From Octopus vulgaris (lineage: Eukaryota): a DNA stretch of 64,000 bases. The position numbers and the translations under genes were made by a program. The stretch spans positions 28,768,001 through 28,832,000 of the forward strand of contig OX597826.1 in NCBI GenBank assembly GCA_951406725.2, in the 5' to 3' direction. Under the pieces are notes generated by a model that saw only the letters and a list, made by a program, of their open reading frames with translations, ran no database searches and was not told the origin of the DNA. Positions 31,173-43,206 of the stretch are shown piece by piece. Each line of letters starts with the position of its first letter. Position 1 is the stretch's first letter.

Positions 31173-31224
31173 GTCTTACAGCTGTTTCTAGGATATGTAT
31201 TAATTATATTCCTTCATCGGAGAC
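31173..31224 (-). ncRNA. Hammerhead ribozyme (element about 31105-31460)
   Basis: Minus strand gtct-CCGATGA-aggaatat...atatccta-GAAA-cagctg-TA-agac. Stem III palindrome ACAGCTGT. Confidence 0.8.
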
Positions 31225-31803
31225 GGTGTGAGAGGATGGTTAAGTCATAGTTAGTTTAGATGTGATACAAAATAGAGAGTAAGGTGGAGGAAAGAAAATA
31301 GATGCAAGATGTGTATGGATATTGGATTTGTAAATCCATTTTTAGGCATAATGGTATATATGCAATATTCCAATAACCTATGAGTAAAGTCCAAAAGTCC
31401 AACAGAGTTTTAAATGGTTCCTTCCAAATACAGAGTTTATAAGCAATGTAATATTCCCTTATATATATATATACATATATATGTATGTATATGTATGTGT
31501 GTGTATATATATATATATACATATATGCATACACACACACACATATATATATATACATACATACATATATACGTATATATGTATATATATGTATGTATAT
31601 ATATATATATATATTATATAATTAGGGCTTAGTAAAATATATATATATATATATATATATGCTAAAAACAATGCTAACAAGAAATTGAAAAGTAGCATAC
31701 ATCATACCAAAAACAAGACAGAAAACATAACGAAACCAAGTAAAGTACCACAACCAAAACGCAAAATTCATCAAGCAAACATCAACAGGAATATAAATCA
31801 TAA

Positions 31804-34131
31804 CCAGAAAAAAATCCATTTTTTTACGTCAGGACAACAAACACCGGAGAAAGAAAAAATCCAAGAGGAAACATACCCCAAACAACTGAACGTATAGATC
31901 CTAAAATAATTAATTTATCAAAAAGAGATCTTGACAATGATGAAATCCAACTTCTGTCAAAAGGACTGAAATTCACACCTACACCAACAGCCAACCACCA
32001 AGAATTAAAGGAGGATATCCAAAAATTCTGTCGAAAATTACGACTTGTAGAATTCTTCGCTAACAAAAGTAATGAGATTGATGAATCCCTAGTAAGGAAT
32101 AAATCAAATTTCACCCCACCAAAAGGAAGAAATAACTACCTTGACCAATACATTGATATCCTGTCTAAATTTCCCCTTAGACGCAATACCAATGTTAGGC
32201 CAAACATTAGCAAATCAGAGTTGTCTGCATGTAAACGTATACAAAACGATCAAACAATAATAATTAAACAAGCAGATAAAGGTGGTGCAACTGTTATTAT
32301 GGATACCGAATACTATAAGGATTTGGTTGAAGACCAACTGAAGGATACAACCTTCTATTGTGAAATACCCGCAAATATAGACCACCACATCATGAAAAAG
32401 ATCAACAACCTGATTTCAACACACCACAACTCACTTACGGATAATGAAAAAGACTACATCACCAATTTTGAACCAAAACCCAGCAACTTCTACGGCTTAC
32501 CAAAAATACACAAATCAAAAAACATTCAACAGGCAGTAAAAGAACAAGAAAGTGAGTACATAAAATTATTACATCCAAAAGACCTAAAACTTAGACCTAT
32601 TATAGCTGGTCCAGCATGCCCTACACACCGTCTAAGCAATTTTATTGACATTGTTTTGAAACCACTATGTACTTACATACCAAGTTTCATCAGGGATGAC
32701 ATCGACTTCCTGTCCCATCTTCCCAAAACAACAGAAACAAATTCAGTTTTGCTAAGTTTTGATGTGGTAAGCCTCTACACCAATATTCCACACGATTTAG
32801 GAATAAAGGCGATTAAATACTGGTTAGAAAAACATAGAGAAGTGATTCCCAGCAGATTCACAGTGCCATTTATATTAGACACAGTCAAACTTATTCTAGA
32901 AAATAACACATTCTTCTTCAATGGAAAGAATTACATCCAAATTAGAGGCACGGCGATGGGAACGAGGTTTGCTCCCGTTTACGCCAACTCTGTAATGGGA
33001 TACTTAGAAGAACAACTCTACCAAGAGGTGGAGGTAAACTATGGCACTGGATTTAGAAAGTATATTGAAAAGGCATGGAAGAGATACCTAGACGACTGTT
33101 TCATAATCTGGACAGAATCTCTAAATACTCTGGAAGAGTTCAATATCCTCCTGAACAACCTACACCCATCTCTCAAATTTACAAAGGAGATGAGTAGTAC
33201 CAAATTACCATTCCTGGATATAATGGTAATTAAAAAAGACACCACCATCACCACAGATATATACTATAAACACACAGACACACATCAATACCTAAATTTT
33301 AAGTCGTGCCATCCACCACATACAAAACGTAACATCCCATACTGCCTAGCCAGAAGAATTTGTACTATTGTAGAAGATGCAAATATCAGGAACAAACGCC
33401 TAATAGAACTAAGAGAATTTTTGCTCAAACAAAAATACCCATCTCTACTTATAGAAAATGGCATACAGCGGGCTATAAAAATACCTATACAACAACTTAG
33501 GACAACCCAAGGAAGAGGAAAACAAGAACAAGTCATACCATTCATAGTGACACACAACCCATGTCACCAGAATATCTTCAACATTGCCAAAGCAAACCTT
33601 CCAATCATTGCCCAAAGTAATGAATTAAAAGACATAATCAAGGATCGAGCTATGGTGCTTAGTAAAAGACAGCCTAAAAACTTGAAAACATTACTAACAA
33701 AGGCAAAATTTGACCTCAGCAACAAAGACCAAACATTCACGGTATCTAAATGCAATGATAGCCGATGTGGCACATGCCAATTCATACATACCGGTCAATA
33801 TATAAACACAAAAACCGGGAAAATATTCACAAACGCGAATATGAACTGCAAAAGCAGAAATTTAATTTACTGCATCAAATGCCCAAATTGTGAAGAAATA
33901 TATGTAGGTCAGACGGGAAACGCACTATTAGAACGCTCACGTGTACACCGGCAACAGATTAGAGACCCAGAGGTCCGTCAGATACCTTTGAGTAACCACC
34001 TAGCAACATGTGGTCGGAAAATATATATAATATTTCCATTCTACAAATTACACAGCCCAAGTGAAATCGAGAGGAAAATCAGAGAAAAGAATTTTATTGA
34101 TAAATTCGAACCCAAGCTAAATAAGCAATAA
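31804..34131 (+). CDS. Penelope-like retroelement polyprotein (RT + C-terminal GIY-YIG endonuclease), Neptune-like; frame open for 775 codons
   Basis: The frame is open from just after TAA at 31801-31803 and reads IINLSKRDL...LLSKGLKFTPTP before the track's TTG start at 32221. RT motifs: IIIKQADKGG, FYGLPKIHK, LRPII, SFDVVSLYTNIP, GTAMGTRFAP, RYLDD, LPFLDI. Cys linker KCNDSRCGTC. GIY-YIG: NLIYCIKCPNCEEIYVGQTG...KFEPKLN. No stops or frameshifts. Confidence 0.95.
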   Translation, partial: PEKNPFFYVRTTNTGERKNPRGNIPQTTERIDPKIINLSKRDLDNDEIQLLSKGLKFTPTPTANHQELKEDIQKFCRKLRLVEFFANKSNEIDESLVRNKSNFTPPKGRNNYLDQYIDILSKFPLRRNTNVRPNISKSELSACKRIQNDQTIIIKQADKGGATVIMDTEYYKDLVEDQLKDTTFYCEIPANIDHHIMKKINNLISTHHNSLTDNEKDYITNFEPKPSNFYGLPKIHKSKNIQQAVKEQESEYIKLLHPKDLKLRPIIAGPACPTHRLSNFIDIVLKPLCTYIPSFIRDDIDFLSHLPKTTETNSVLLSFDVVSLYTNIPHDLGIKAIKYWLEKHREVIPSRFTVPFILDTVKLILENNTFFFNGKNYIQIRGTAMGTRFAPVYANSVMGYLEEQLYQEVEVNYGTGFRKYIEKAWKRYLDDCFIIWTESLNTLEEFNILLNNLHPSLKFTKEMSSTKLPFLDIMVIKKDTTITTDIYYKHTDTHQYLNFKSCHPPHTKRNIPYCLARRICTIVEDANIRNKRLIELREFLLKQKYPSLLIENGIQRAIKIPIQQLRTTQGRGKQEQVIPFIVTHNPCHQNIFNIAKANLPIIAQSNELKDIIKDRAMVLSKRQPKNLKTLLTKAKFDLSNKDQTFTVSKCNDSRCGTCQFIHTGQYINTKTGKIFTNANMNCKSRNLIYCIKCPNCEEIYVGQTGNALLERSRVHRQQIRDPEVRQIPLSNHLATCGRKIYIIFPFYKLHSPSEIERKIREKNFIDKFEPKLNKQ

Positions 34132-34448
34132 TAATAATACTTAGAGGTATTACTTCCACTGCTACGACCATGACCACTAACAACAACAACAATACTAAAG
34201 GTGATCAAGACGAAGATAGCAGGAAAATTATCTTATTTAGGGTTAAAAGTTCTATTGCCACCACCATCACCACTAGCAACAATAATTAAGGTGCTGACAA
34301 TGATGATGATGACAATTGAAATATAAAAATATAAAAATCTCTGACAAAGGATATTTACAACATTTCTAAAAATAACCCAACAATTGCTGCTTCGGCCAGG
34401 GTCAAGATACAGGACTCTTGACCTGTCCAACAAAGCGTGATGCCTAAA

Positions 34449-34562
34449 CCAATCAGCTCAACCAACCAATCAGCTTAAGTAATTGAGTGATACTACACAC
34501 TGATTGGTCAGAATACAGTTTGCAAAACCTAGCACTCTGGAGCCTACCCAGCTGTATTTATA
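34449..34562 (+). promoter_or_regulatory. Putative pseudo-LTR Pol II promoter of the PLE
   Basis: AACCAATCAGCT occurs twice (CCAAT at 34449 and 34466), inverted ATTGG at 34503, and TATTTATA at 34555-34562, about 65 nt upstream of the hammerhead. Confidence 0.5.
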
Positions 34563-34625
34563 GCACAGAATCACTCATCTTGCTACAGTCAAAAATTGTG
34601 AAGCATGACTGTCAACACTACTACA

Positions 34626-34670
34626 TGAACCCGAAGATTGCAGAATTCAATGCATGAAAGTACTAGTTCA
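34626..34670 (+). ncRNA. Minimal type I hammerhead ribozyme (PLE 3' region)
   Basis: tgaac-CCGAAGA-t-tgca(gaattcaa)tgca-t-GAAA-gtac-TA-gttca. Stem I is tgaac/gttca and stem III is the palindrome AGTACT. Confidence 0.8.
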
Positions 34671-34849
34671 ATCAGAATGAATATTTAACATTCTACTATT
34701 TCATTTTATTTTATTCAATTATAATATATTATCTTATAATATATCATTATAAGATTGTAAATAAAACGTGAAAATCAGACAAGGTTGGAATTCTTTTTAT
34801 TAATATATTCTTCTATACACAATCACACACACCCATATATATATATATC

Positions 34850-34962
<113 letters not shown>

Positions 34963-35429
34963 GTATATATTATATGTACGAGCATGTATTTATGTGTACA
35001 TGTATGCGCACGTGTTTATGCGTGGCATGTGGATCTGTGTGTGTGTGGTAAGGTGCGTGCATGAGTGAGCACATGTTTATGTTTGTAGGTGTGAGTAAAA
35101 GAAAGCGTGTTTGAGTGAGAGAATGTTAGGATGAGTGAAAGAATGTGAGTGAGAGCTATAAGGCCACAACACATTCTCAGCCTCGTCATTCTTAACAAAA
35201 AAACACGAAAATATAATAGAATAAAATAAAATAGAAAGAAAAGAAATAAGAAAGAAAATACAGAAAACAAATGAAAAGCAAAACATAGAGGGAAATAGTG
35301 AAAATCGAAGAAGAGAGAAAGAAGGGGGAGGGTGTGTGTGTTATTGATCTGTTGGCTGAGCAGGTAGTTGAGTCACGTGTCAGATATCCCGTAGATAGGA
35401 TGACAAACACCAATAGTAAAGGGAATGGT

Positions 35430-35770
35430 TGCTTTGTGACGGTGGTGGTTGTGGTGGTTGTAGTAATGGAGGTGGCAGGCTGGAGGTAGGAGTAGTTGTG
35501 GTGGTAGTGGTGGTAGTGGTGGAGGTGGTGGTGATTGTGGTGGTGGTGACAGTGGTGGTGGAGATAGTAGTGGTGGTAGTGACGTGGCGGTGGTAGTGGT
35601 GGTGGTGGTGGTGATGGCGGGGATGTTGGTGTTGTTGGTGGAAGTTGAGGTGGCGGTAGCGATGATAGTGATGGTGTTATTGTTGTTGGCAATAGTACTT
35701 GTAGTGGTAGTGGTGGTGGTAGAAAAATGAATGACGATGGTGGTGGTAGAAGTGATCATTGTTCTCATCT

Positions 35771-35828
<58 letters not shown>

Positions 35829-36369
35829 AAGTAGTGGTAGTGGTGGTGGTGGTGGTGGTGGTATTAGTAGTAGTGGTAGTAGAGACGATGATGGTTGGAG
35901 TGGTTATTGTTGTAGTCGTAGGGGTTTTTCTGGCGGTACTGGTTGTAGTGATAGTGGTTTCGGTGGTAGCACTTGTAGCAGTAGCTACAGTGATAGTGGT
36001 GTGGGTGCGCGTGGCGGCTGGTGTTTACGACCGACAGAAAGAGACGGGGGTACGATGGAGGCGAAGTGGAGGCCTTTAAGGCGATGACGGAGTGGCTCAT
36101 GAAATGACGAAACATAGAAAGAATAGAGGAACTGGTAATAGCAGTGATGGCGGTGGTGGTGGTAGTGGTGGTGGTGGTGGTGGTGGTACTGGTGGTATAG
36201 GTGGCGCTGTAGGTGGTGATGGGCAGGTAAGTAGGTAAGTAGTGGAGAAAGTGAATGAAAGAATTCTAATGACCATTTCACTCACTGCATGTGTACACGC
36301 AGATACATAATACTTGTTTATATATATACATATATATAAATATATTTATATACACACATATGCCTGTGA

Positions 36370-36427
<58 letters not shown>

Positions 36428-36485
36428 ATATATATACATATATATATGTATATATATGTATGTATATGTATGTATATATGGTATA
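35430..36485. repeat. (GGT)/(GTA)n and (TA)n low-complexity field
   Basis: Read directly from the sequence. Confidence 0.93.
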
Positions 36486-36486
36486 A

Positions 36487-37385
36487 AAACCCAAAATTAA
36501 GGGAAATTCTAAACATACACCAAATCATTAAAAGCTACAAACAGCCTAAATCACTTAAAAAGATTCTCACAAAGGCAAAAATTGTCTTCTAAAATTACGG
36601 ATGCAAAAGTAAAAAAATGTGGTAGATCGAACTGTGCAACATGTCCTAACCTATTGGAAGGATCAGAATTCTTCTTTAAAGAAGGACAGAAATTTAAGAT
36701 CAAATCTAACTTTACTTGTGCCTCTGAAAACATAATTTATGTTATTAAATGCTCGGGCTGCCACCAAGACTACGTGGGTTCCACGGGACTATCACTCAGG
36801 CGCAGATGCACACTGCATCGACAACAGATTGCATTCCCAGAATATAGAATGATACCTTTTAGTGAGCACATTGAGAAATGCGCAAAGCAACTACTGCCAC
36901 AATTTTTAATCTTCCCATTTTACCAATGTGCTTTCGGATCATCAACACAAATGAGACTGAACAAGGAAACATTCTTCATTGAAAAGTACAAACCCAGACT
37001 CAACCATCCGAACATACTGACACAGAGAAATTAACAAGGAAATGGGAAAAAAATTTTTTAAGCGATTATCTCCCCTACACCGGAAAAAATCACTCACTAC
37101 CTCCCCTTATTTAGAAATCTCCTGGAAATAAAAACAACGATAAATCCATGCAATATAAACATAACGTCACAAGAAATTTGAAAAGCTACACGCGAAACCG
37201 GTAATTTCTTTAAAAATTTAAAAATTATGTCATTTTAAGGAAAGGAAAAAAATTTTTCCAATATTCTCCAGACATTTTGACACAAATATATATATCTTTT
37301 AACATTTAAGCCTTCTGTCGTTTTTTCACACTTTACTATTTTCTTATATATTCACCCACGTGCTTTACCAAACAAACTTTCTTAT
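36487..37385 (+). mobile_element. PLE 3' fragment (GIY-YIG, frameshift near 36580) in (TA)n
   Basis: ORF 36582-37034 is nearly identical in protein sequence to 23621-24120. Flanked by TA repeats. Confidence 0.92.
37171..37210 (+). ncRNA. Hammerhead ribozyme, U3-A8 core variant
   Basis: aagaaat-TTGAAAA-gc(tacac)gc-GAAA-ccgg-TA-atttctt. 7-bp stem I; stem III palindrome ACCGGT. Confidence 0.75.
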
Positions 37386-37426
37386 CTGTATATATATATA
37401 TATACTTATATATATGCATACATATA

Positions 37427-37488
<62 letters not shown>

Positions 37489-38057
37489 TATACATATATA
37501 TACATATATACATATATGTATATATGTATCTATATCTATGTATATGTATGTATGTGCATCTATGCCTAAACGTGTGTATATTTAGATATACATGTGTGTG
37601 AGTGTATCTACGTGTCTGTGTATATATTTATGAATTAATGTGTATAAGCATGTCTCTATACTCACACATACAGACAAGAAAATGCACACGCACGCACGCA
37701 TGCACACACACACACACACTGAAACACTTATATAGAAACGCTCATGCACACGTGCACAGATGCACGCATGCACACACATACGATCACACACAGGTGGTAC
37801 ATGCTATACATTGTCATTCAATGCGCGCCAACAAACACACATACACACAAATATATGCAGCCACGTGCACACGTGTGTTTGGATGCGACTTCTTCTTATC
37901 GAAGACATGCGCACAAAGACTCAGACATGCATTTACAGATTCGTGCAAAAGCACCATGCATTCACATATGCAAATAAACCTATTCAAATAAACATACATG
38001 CACACATACATACGTATATGCTAAGTCGCACACACAGAAACATAAGCACATTCATAC

Positions 38058-38135
<78 letters not shown>

Positions 38136-38188
38136 ATGAATGCATGTATATATGTATGCATGTATGTATACATACATGTATATATATA

Positions 38189-38701
38189 CTAGCAGTACCG
38201 CCCGGCGTTGCTCGGGTTTGTAAGGGAAATAACTATATAAGCATTTTTAGAGAGTTACTTCCCTTATAGATGCCAATTCGGGCTTTCTTAGCCATTTCTG
38301 TTTTGGTGTCTTCAAGCCATGAAGTCGTTGTTCTAAAAGAACGCTGGTCTCCTTGACAACGCATTACGACGTTGATTTCCTTAAACTCCCTTCCCCACAG
38401 CTTCACGAGGGAGGGAAGAAGGGGGAGAAGCAAACAGGTGCAGGTGTGACCATGGACGCCAACTCCGCCGCCATCGACACACGAAAAATTATGCATTAAA
38501 ATGGAATAAAAAATTATGTTAAATTATTTTTTAAATCGTAGACTCATCGTAGACGCGCGCTAATAGCCAGACGGGCTCGATATGAATCACGACTATAAGA
38601 TACCCGAATTTGGTTAAACTGCACCGCAAAATGTGGGAGGAGTTAGAAATCTAAATCGTAGGAGACAGACACTCACACGACTACAGTGTTATATATATAG
38701 A
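38189..38701 (-). mobile_element. Non-autonomous Helitron (longer form)
   Basis: The minus strand runs 5' TCTATATATAT to 3' CCCGAGCAACGCCGGG...CTAG|T. Confidence 0.8.
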
Positions 38702-38706
38702 TATAT

Positions 38707-39015
38707 GGAGGTGCAATGGCCCAGTAGTTAGGGCAGCGGACTCGTTGGGTCCGAGGTTCGCGATTTCGATTCCCAGATGGGGCGCTGTGTGTGTTTATTG
38801 AGCGAAAACACCTAAAAGCTCCACGAGACTCCGGCAGGGAATGGTGGTGACCCCTGTTGTACTCTTTCGCCACAACTTTCTCTCAGTCTCTCTCTTTCTG
38901 TTTCTTGAGTAACGCTGCGATGGACCGGCGTCCCGTCCAACTGGGGGGAACACATACGCCAAAGAAACCGGGAAACCGTGCCCATGAGCCTGGCGAGGCT
39001 TGAAAAGGGCGACGT
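38707..39015 (+). mobile_element. SINE family C (tRNA head)
   Basis: A box TGGCCCAGTAGTT and B box TTCGATTCC. Tail aaagaaaccgggaaacc...catgagcctgg...aaaagggcg. Relatives at 56130-56320 and 56320-56572 (minus); more distant tRNA-headed copies at 42885-43190 and 63690-63890. Confidence 0.75.
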
Positions 39016-39054
39016 TTATTGTTTACGTACATACATACATGCATACATATATAC

Positions 39055-39085
<31 letters not shown>

Positions 39086-39126
39086 CATATATACACAAGA
39101 AAAAAGCAACAAGAATGGATTAGTTG

Positions 39127-39215
39127 TTCAGTACAATTGTTTCATACGAAGAACAGCTTTATTAAAAGCTGCAAATATTGCAGCAAATACAAGTGACCCG
39201 TATTCATCAGCCAAA
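39127..39215 (-). ncRNA. Hammerhead ribozyme (element about 39095-39680)
   Basis: Minus strand tttgg-CTGATGA-atacg...cgtat-GAAA-caattg-TA-ctgaa. Stem III palindrome ACAATTGT. Confidence 0.8.
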
Positions 39216-40254
39216 ACACATATGAGTTTTCCAAACATCCTAGGGGGTGAGGCTACACTTATGAAGTATCGAAGAGAGTTCTATGAAAAGCAAAGTTAGA
39301 TTGTAAGCAGACTTAAATGTTCTCTAATGATGCACAGTTTTATAAAAGGTTTTTAAAAAAGTTTGTTAGCTTCACGGAAAAGGTAAATCCATCCATAATA
39401 ATGCAGGTGTAATTTCCGGAGATATGAGGAGATATTTCATACTCAGAGAAGATGAATGTATCCATAATAATGTAGATGTAATTTCCTTATATATGAGAAG
39501 ATGTTGTTCACACTTCTATTCGTTTCACAAAACTACTATGTTGGAAGAAGAGATTGACTATATTGGTTAAAAAATTTTATGGTTAATACCACATAGATTT
39601 CTGGTGCATCTAAGTTAAGTACCGCATTCATGTGAATTCATTGGAACTCACTTGAATCTTAATTGTTCTTACTGAAATTATATATATATATATATATATA
39701 CACTCACTCACACACATGTATGCACAGACTTATACACAATCTCATTCATATGCAGCAGCGTGTATGATGCACACAAAATATTTGCACAGACGTGCACCTT
39801 GCGCACGCACGGATACTTTCTGATGTACACTTGCATACAAACAGACATGAATGAATACGCCGTCACGAATTAAAAGATACATGTGCCCATCACATCCATG
39901 TATACACACATGCATAGGCATAAATGCGTGCAGACATATAGGCATACATACATGCATACATGTATGTATACATACATACGTACATAAATTCATATATACA
40001 TACATACGTACATAAATTCATACATACATGCATACATATATATATACACCTACATATATACATACATATGTATATATATATATATATATATATATGCATG
40101 TGTATGTCTCTAAGTAAATGTATACCTGCTCAAGTGGGTGTGTGTGTGTGTGCGAGTATATGTGAGTCTGCATGTATGTATATATATATATATATGTATG
40201 TATGTATATATGTATATATATATATGTGTGTGTATATATGTATATGTATATATA

Positions 40255-40289
<35 letters not shown>

Positions 40290-40363
40290 GTATGTGTATA
40301 TATATTTATATACACCAGCATGCATACACACATACATGCACATACATGAATATGTACGTTGAG

Positions 40364-40395
<32 letters not shown>

Positions 40396-40530
40396 GTATG
40401 TATATATGTAGGTGTATATATATGTATGCATGTATGTATGAATTTATGTACGTATGTATGTATATATGTATGTATGCTTGTATGTATGTATACATACATG
40501 TATGCATGTATGTATGCCTATATGTCTGCA

Positions 40531-40570
<40 letters not shown>

Positions 40571-41051
40571 TATACACGCATACACACGCATTCATACGCA
40601 CATACAATCATCTCGCATGTTCATACACATTCGTATACACATACATATCTTAACACACACATTCTATCACATTCACACACACACACCGTTACATATCTTG
40701 GCTTATAGCTTCGAATCAGCTGACGAGCAATCAAGGCGAATGAACATCATGTATCGGGGGAGTAGTAAGAGGTTGGGGTGTTAAAGGAGAAAGAAGAAAA
40801 GGCCTGTGGTGAGTCGGATGAGGGCCGCGGTGGCGACAGGGGTAGTGGTGAGAGAGGTACAAGGTGAACGTGAAAAAATATGTGCAATAGTATGTATACA
40901 TGTACGTATGTATGTATGTATGTATGTATGTACGTATGTATGTACGTACGTATGTATGTATGTATGTATGTATGTATGTATGTATGTATGTATGTATGTA
41001 TGTATGCCTGCATGTATATATGTTATGTATTTATGTATGCATGTGTGTATA

Positions 41052-41135
41052 CCGTAATCCCTCGACTATCGCGGGTGTTACGTTTCAAAAAACACCGTGA
41101 TAGATGAAAATCCGCGTAGTAGAAACAGTACTGTA
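41052..41135 (+). mobile_element. Tigger/pogo-like terminal fragment
   Basis: TA-ccgtaatccctcgactatcgcgg...aaaatccgcg resembles Tigger-type TIR sequence. Confidence 0.4.
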
Positions 41136-41139
41136 TACA

Positions 41140-41360
41140 TACTCTTTTACTCTTTTACTTGTTTCAGTCATTTGCCTGCGGCCATGCTGGAGCACCGCCT
41201 TTAATCGAGCAACTCGACCCCGGGACTTATTCTTTTGTAAGCCCAGTACTTATTCTATCGGTCTCTTTTGCCGAATCGCTAAGTAACGGGGACATAAACA
41301 CACCAGCATCGGTTGTCAAGCAATGCTAGGGGGACAAACACAGACACACAAACACACACA

Positions 41361-41409
<49 letters not shown>

Positions 41410-42214
41410 CGGGAAGCTTTATGAAAATAGACAAAAGACGAAGGCAGGTTTACGGAAATAAACAAAAGACGAAGGCAGGTGGAATACAAACAAACAATTG
41501 TATTAGTATGGCGCTCAGGAAATATAAATAAAACAAGTCTTTAACGTTTCGAGCCTACGCTCTTCAACAGAAAGATACACAGAGAAGAAACACAGAAAGA
41601 AGGAGAGAAAAAAAATGCGTGCAGAGGCTAGCGAATCAATATGGAGATCTGATTTCGGCCAGAAGTCAAAGATCAAACATGAGACGCAAGAGCGAAATTA
41701 GGGGAGATAATAGGGTTAAATGACCTCGCTCCAACATAAGAGTGTGTGTGTGTATGAGAGAGTATTAGTCGTATGAGAGGTCTGGACGTGTGTATGTGTA
41801 GTGTAGAGAGAGGAGATGAGGGAATAGGGGGAGGTGAGGGGGAGGGGGAGAAAGAAAGGGGAGAAGAGGGGATAAGGAAAGGAGAGAAGAGGAGGGGGAA
41901 GGGGGAGAAGGAAGGAGAGGAGAAGAGGAGGGGAGAGAAGGGGGAGAAGGAAGGAGAAGAGGAGGGGAGAGGAGGAGGGAGAATAGAGGGAGAGGGGGAG
42001 AGAGAGAGAAGGGGAGTGAGGGAGCAGAGAGAAAGAGGGAAGGGGAAGAGGGAAGAAGGAGGGAGGGAGAAAGACATATATACGACGGGCTTCTTTCAGT
42101 TTCCGTCTACCAAATCCACTCACAAGGCTTTGGTTGGCCCGAGGCTATAGTAGAAGACACTTGCCCGGAACCATGTGGTTGGTAAACAAGCTACTTACCA
42201 CACAGCCACTCCTG

Positions 42215-42215
<1 letters not shown>
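41140..42215 (-). mobile_element. SINE family B interrupted by an HHR element
   Basis: Head 42082-42215 and tail 41140-41362. The insertion at about 41409-42075 sits in the internal (TA)n. Confidence 0.7.
41538..41575 (-). ncRNA. Hammerhead-like motif, CUGUUGA core (element about 41409-42075)
   Basis: Minus strand tcttt-CTGTTGA-a-gagc(gtag)gctc-GAAA-cg-TT-aaaga. Confidence 0.65.
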
Positions 42216-42268
<53 letters not shown>

Positions 42269-42470
42269 TTTATTATCATTATCATTTGTATACGAGGAAT
42301 CAACGTAAGCTTAGATAATAAACCGCGATATGGCGAGGATTTACATGTATGTAAGCAAGTATATATGTATGTATATATGTATATATTATGCATATATTTA
42401 AGTCAGTCTGTCTGTATGTGTGTATGCATGTTAGTATGTATGATGGTATTGGGTAGCACATGCGTGAGTT

Positions 42471-42511
<41 letters not shown>

Positions 42512-43206
42512 TACGGGCTTTTTTCAGTTTCCGTCTACCACATCTACTCACAAGGCTTTGGTCGGCCCGAGGCTATAGAAGAGGACACTTGCTCATGGTG
42601 CCACGTAGTATAACTGAATACGGAACCATGTGGTTGGAAAGCAACCTGCTTACCACACAGCCACTTCTGCGCCTATATATGTATATGTGCGTGTGTGTGT
42701 GTTTGTATATGTATATATATATATATATACGAACGTTTATGTATGCATGTATATATACATACATATATATATGTATATATATATACATATGCATTTGTGT
42801 ATATATAAATATATATATGTATGTATGCATGTATATATATATATGTATACATATATGCACACACGCATAAATGCATGTTTGAATGTACGTGGCTTAGTGG
42901 TTAGGGTATTCGGTTCACGATTGCAAGGTCGTGAGTTCGATTTCCCGGTGGTGCATTGTGCCTTTGACCAAGTCACCTTATTTCTTGTAGCTCCAGTCCA
43001 CTCACATGGCATAAATGTAATTCAAAGTGCCAGTCTCATCATATTGTCTTCTCACGCTGAATCTCCTGAGAATTTTGTCAGGGGTACACGTGTCTGTGGG
43101 ATATTCAGCTACTTGCACTTTAATTCCCCGAGGAGGCTGTCCCTTTTATCGGATCAACTGGAACCATCGTCGTCGTAAACGACGGAGTGCCAATTATATA
43201 TAGAGA

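Larger units (their letters stand above)
31660..34835 (+). mobile_element. Penelope-like element, 5'-truncated, inserted in (TA)n
   Basis: Contains the RT/GIY-YIG ORF and an about 700 nt 3' region with CCAAT/TATA-like boxes, an HHR and AATAAA (34760-34765). (TA)n lies on both sides. Confidence 0.9.

Noticed and set aside
31804-34131. Selenoprotein-type or permuted-domain (Naiad/Chlamys) PLE
   Set aside because: The GIY-YIG domain is C-terminal and the ORF has no in-frame TGA.
38707-38790. tRNA gene (also the SINE A and B heads)
   Set aside because: A and B boxes are present but there is no intact cloverleaf, and the sequence continues into a repeated SINE body.
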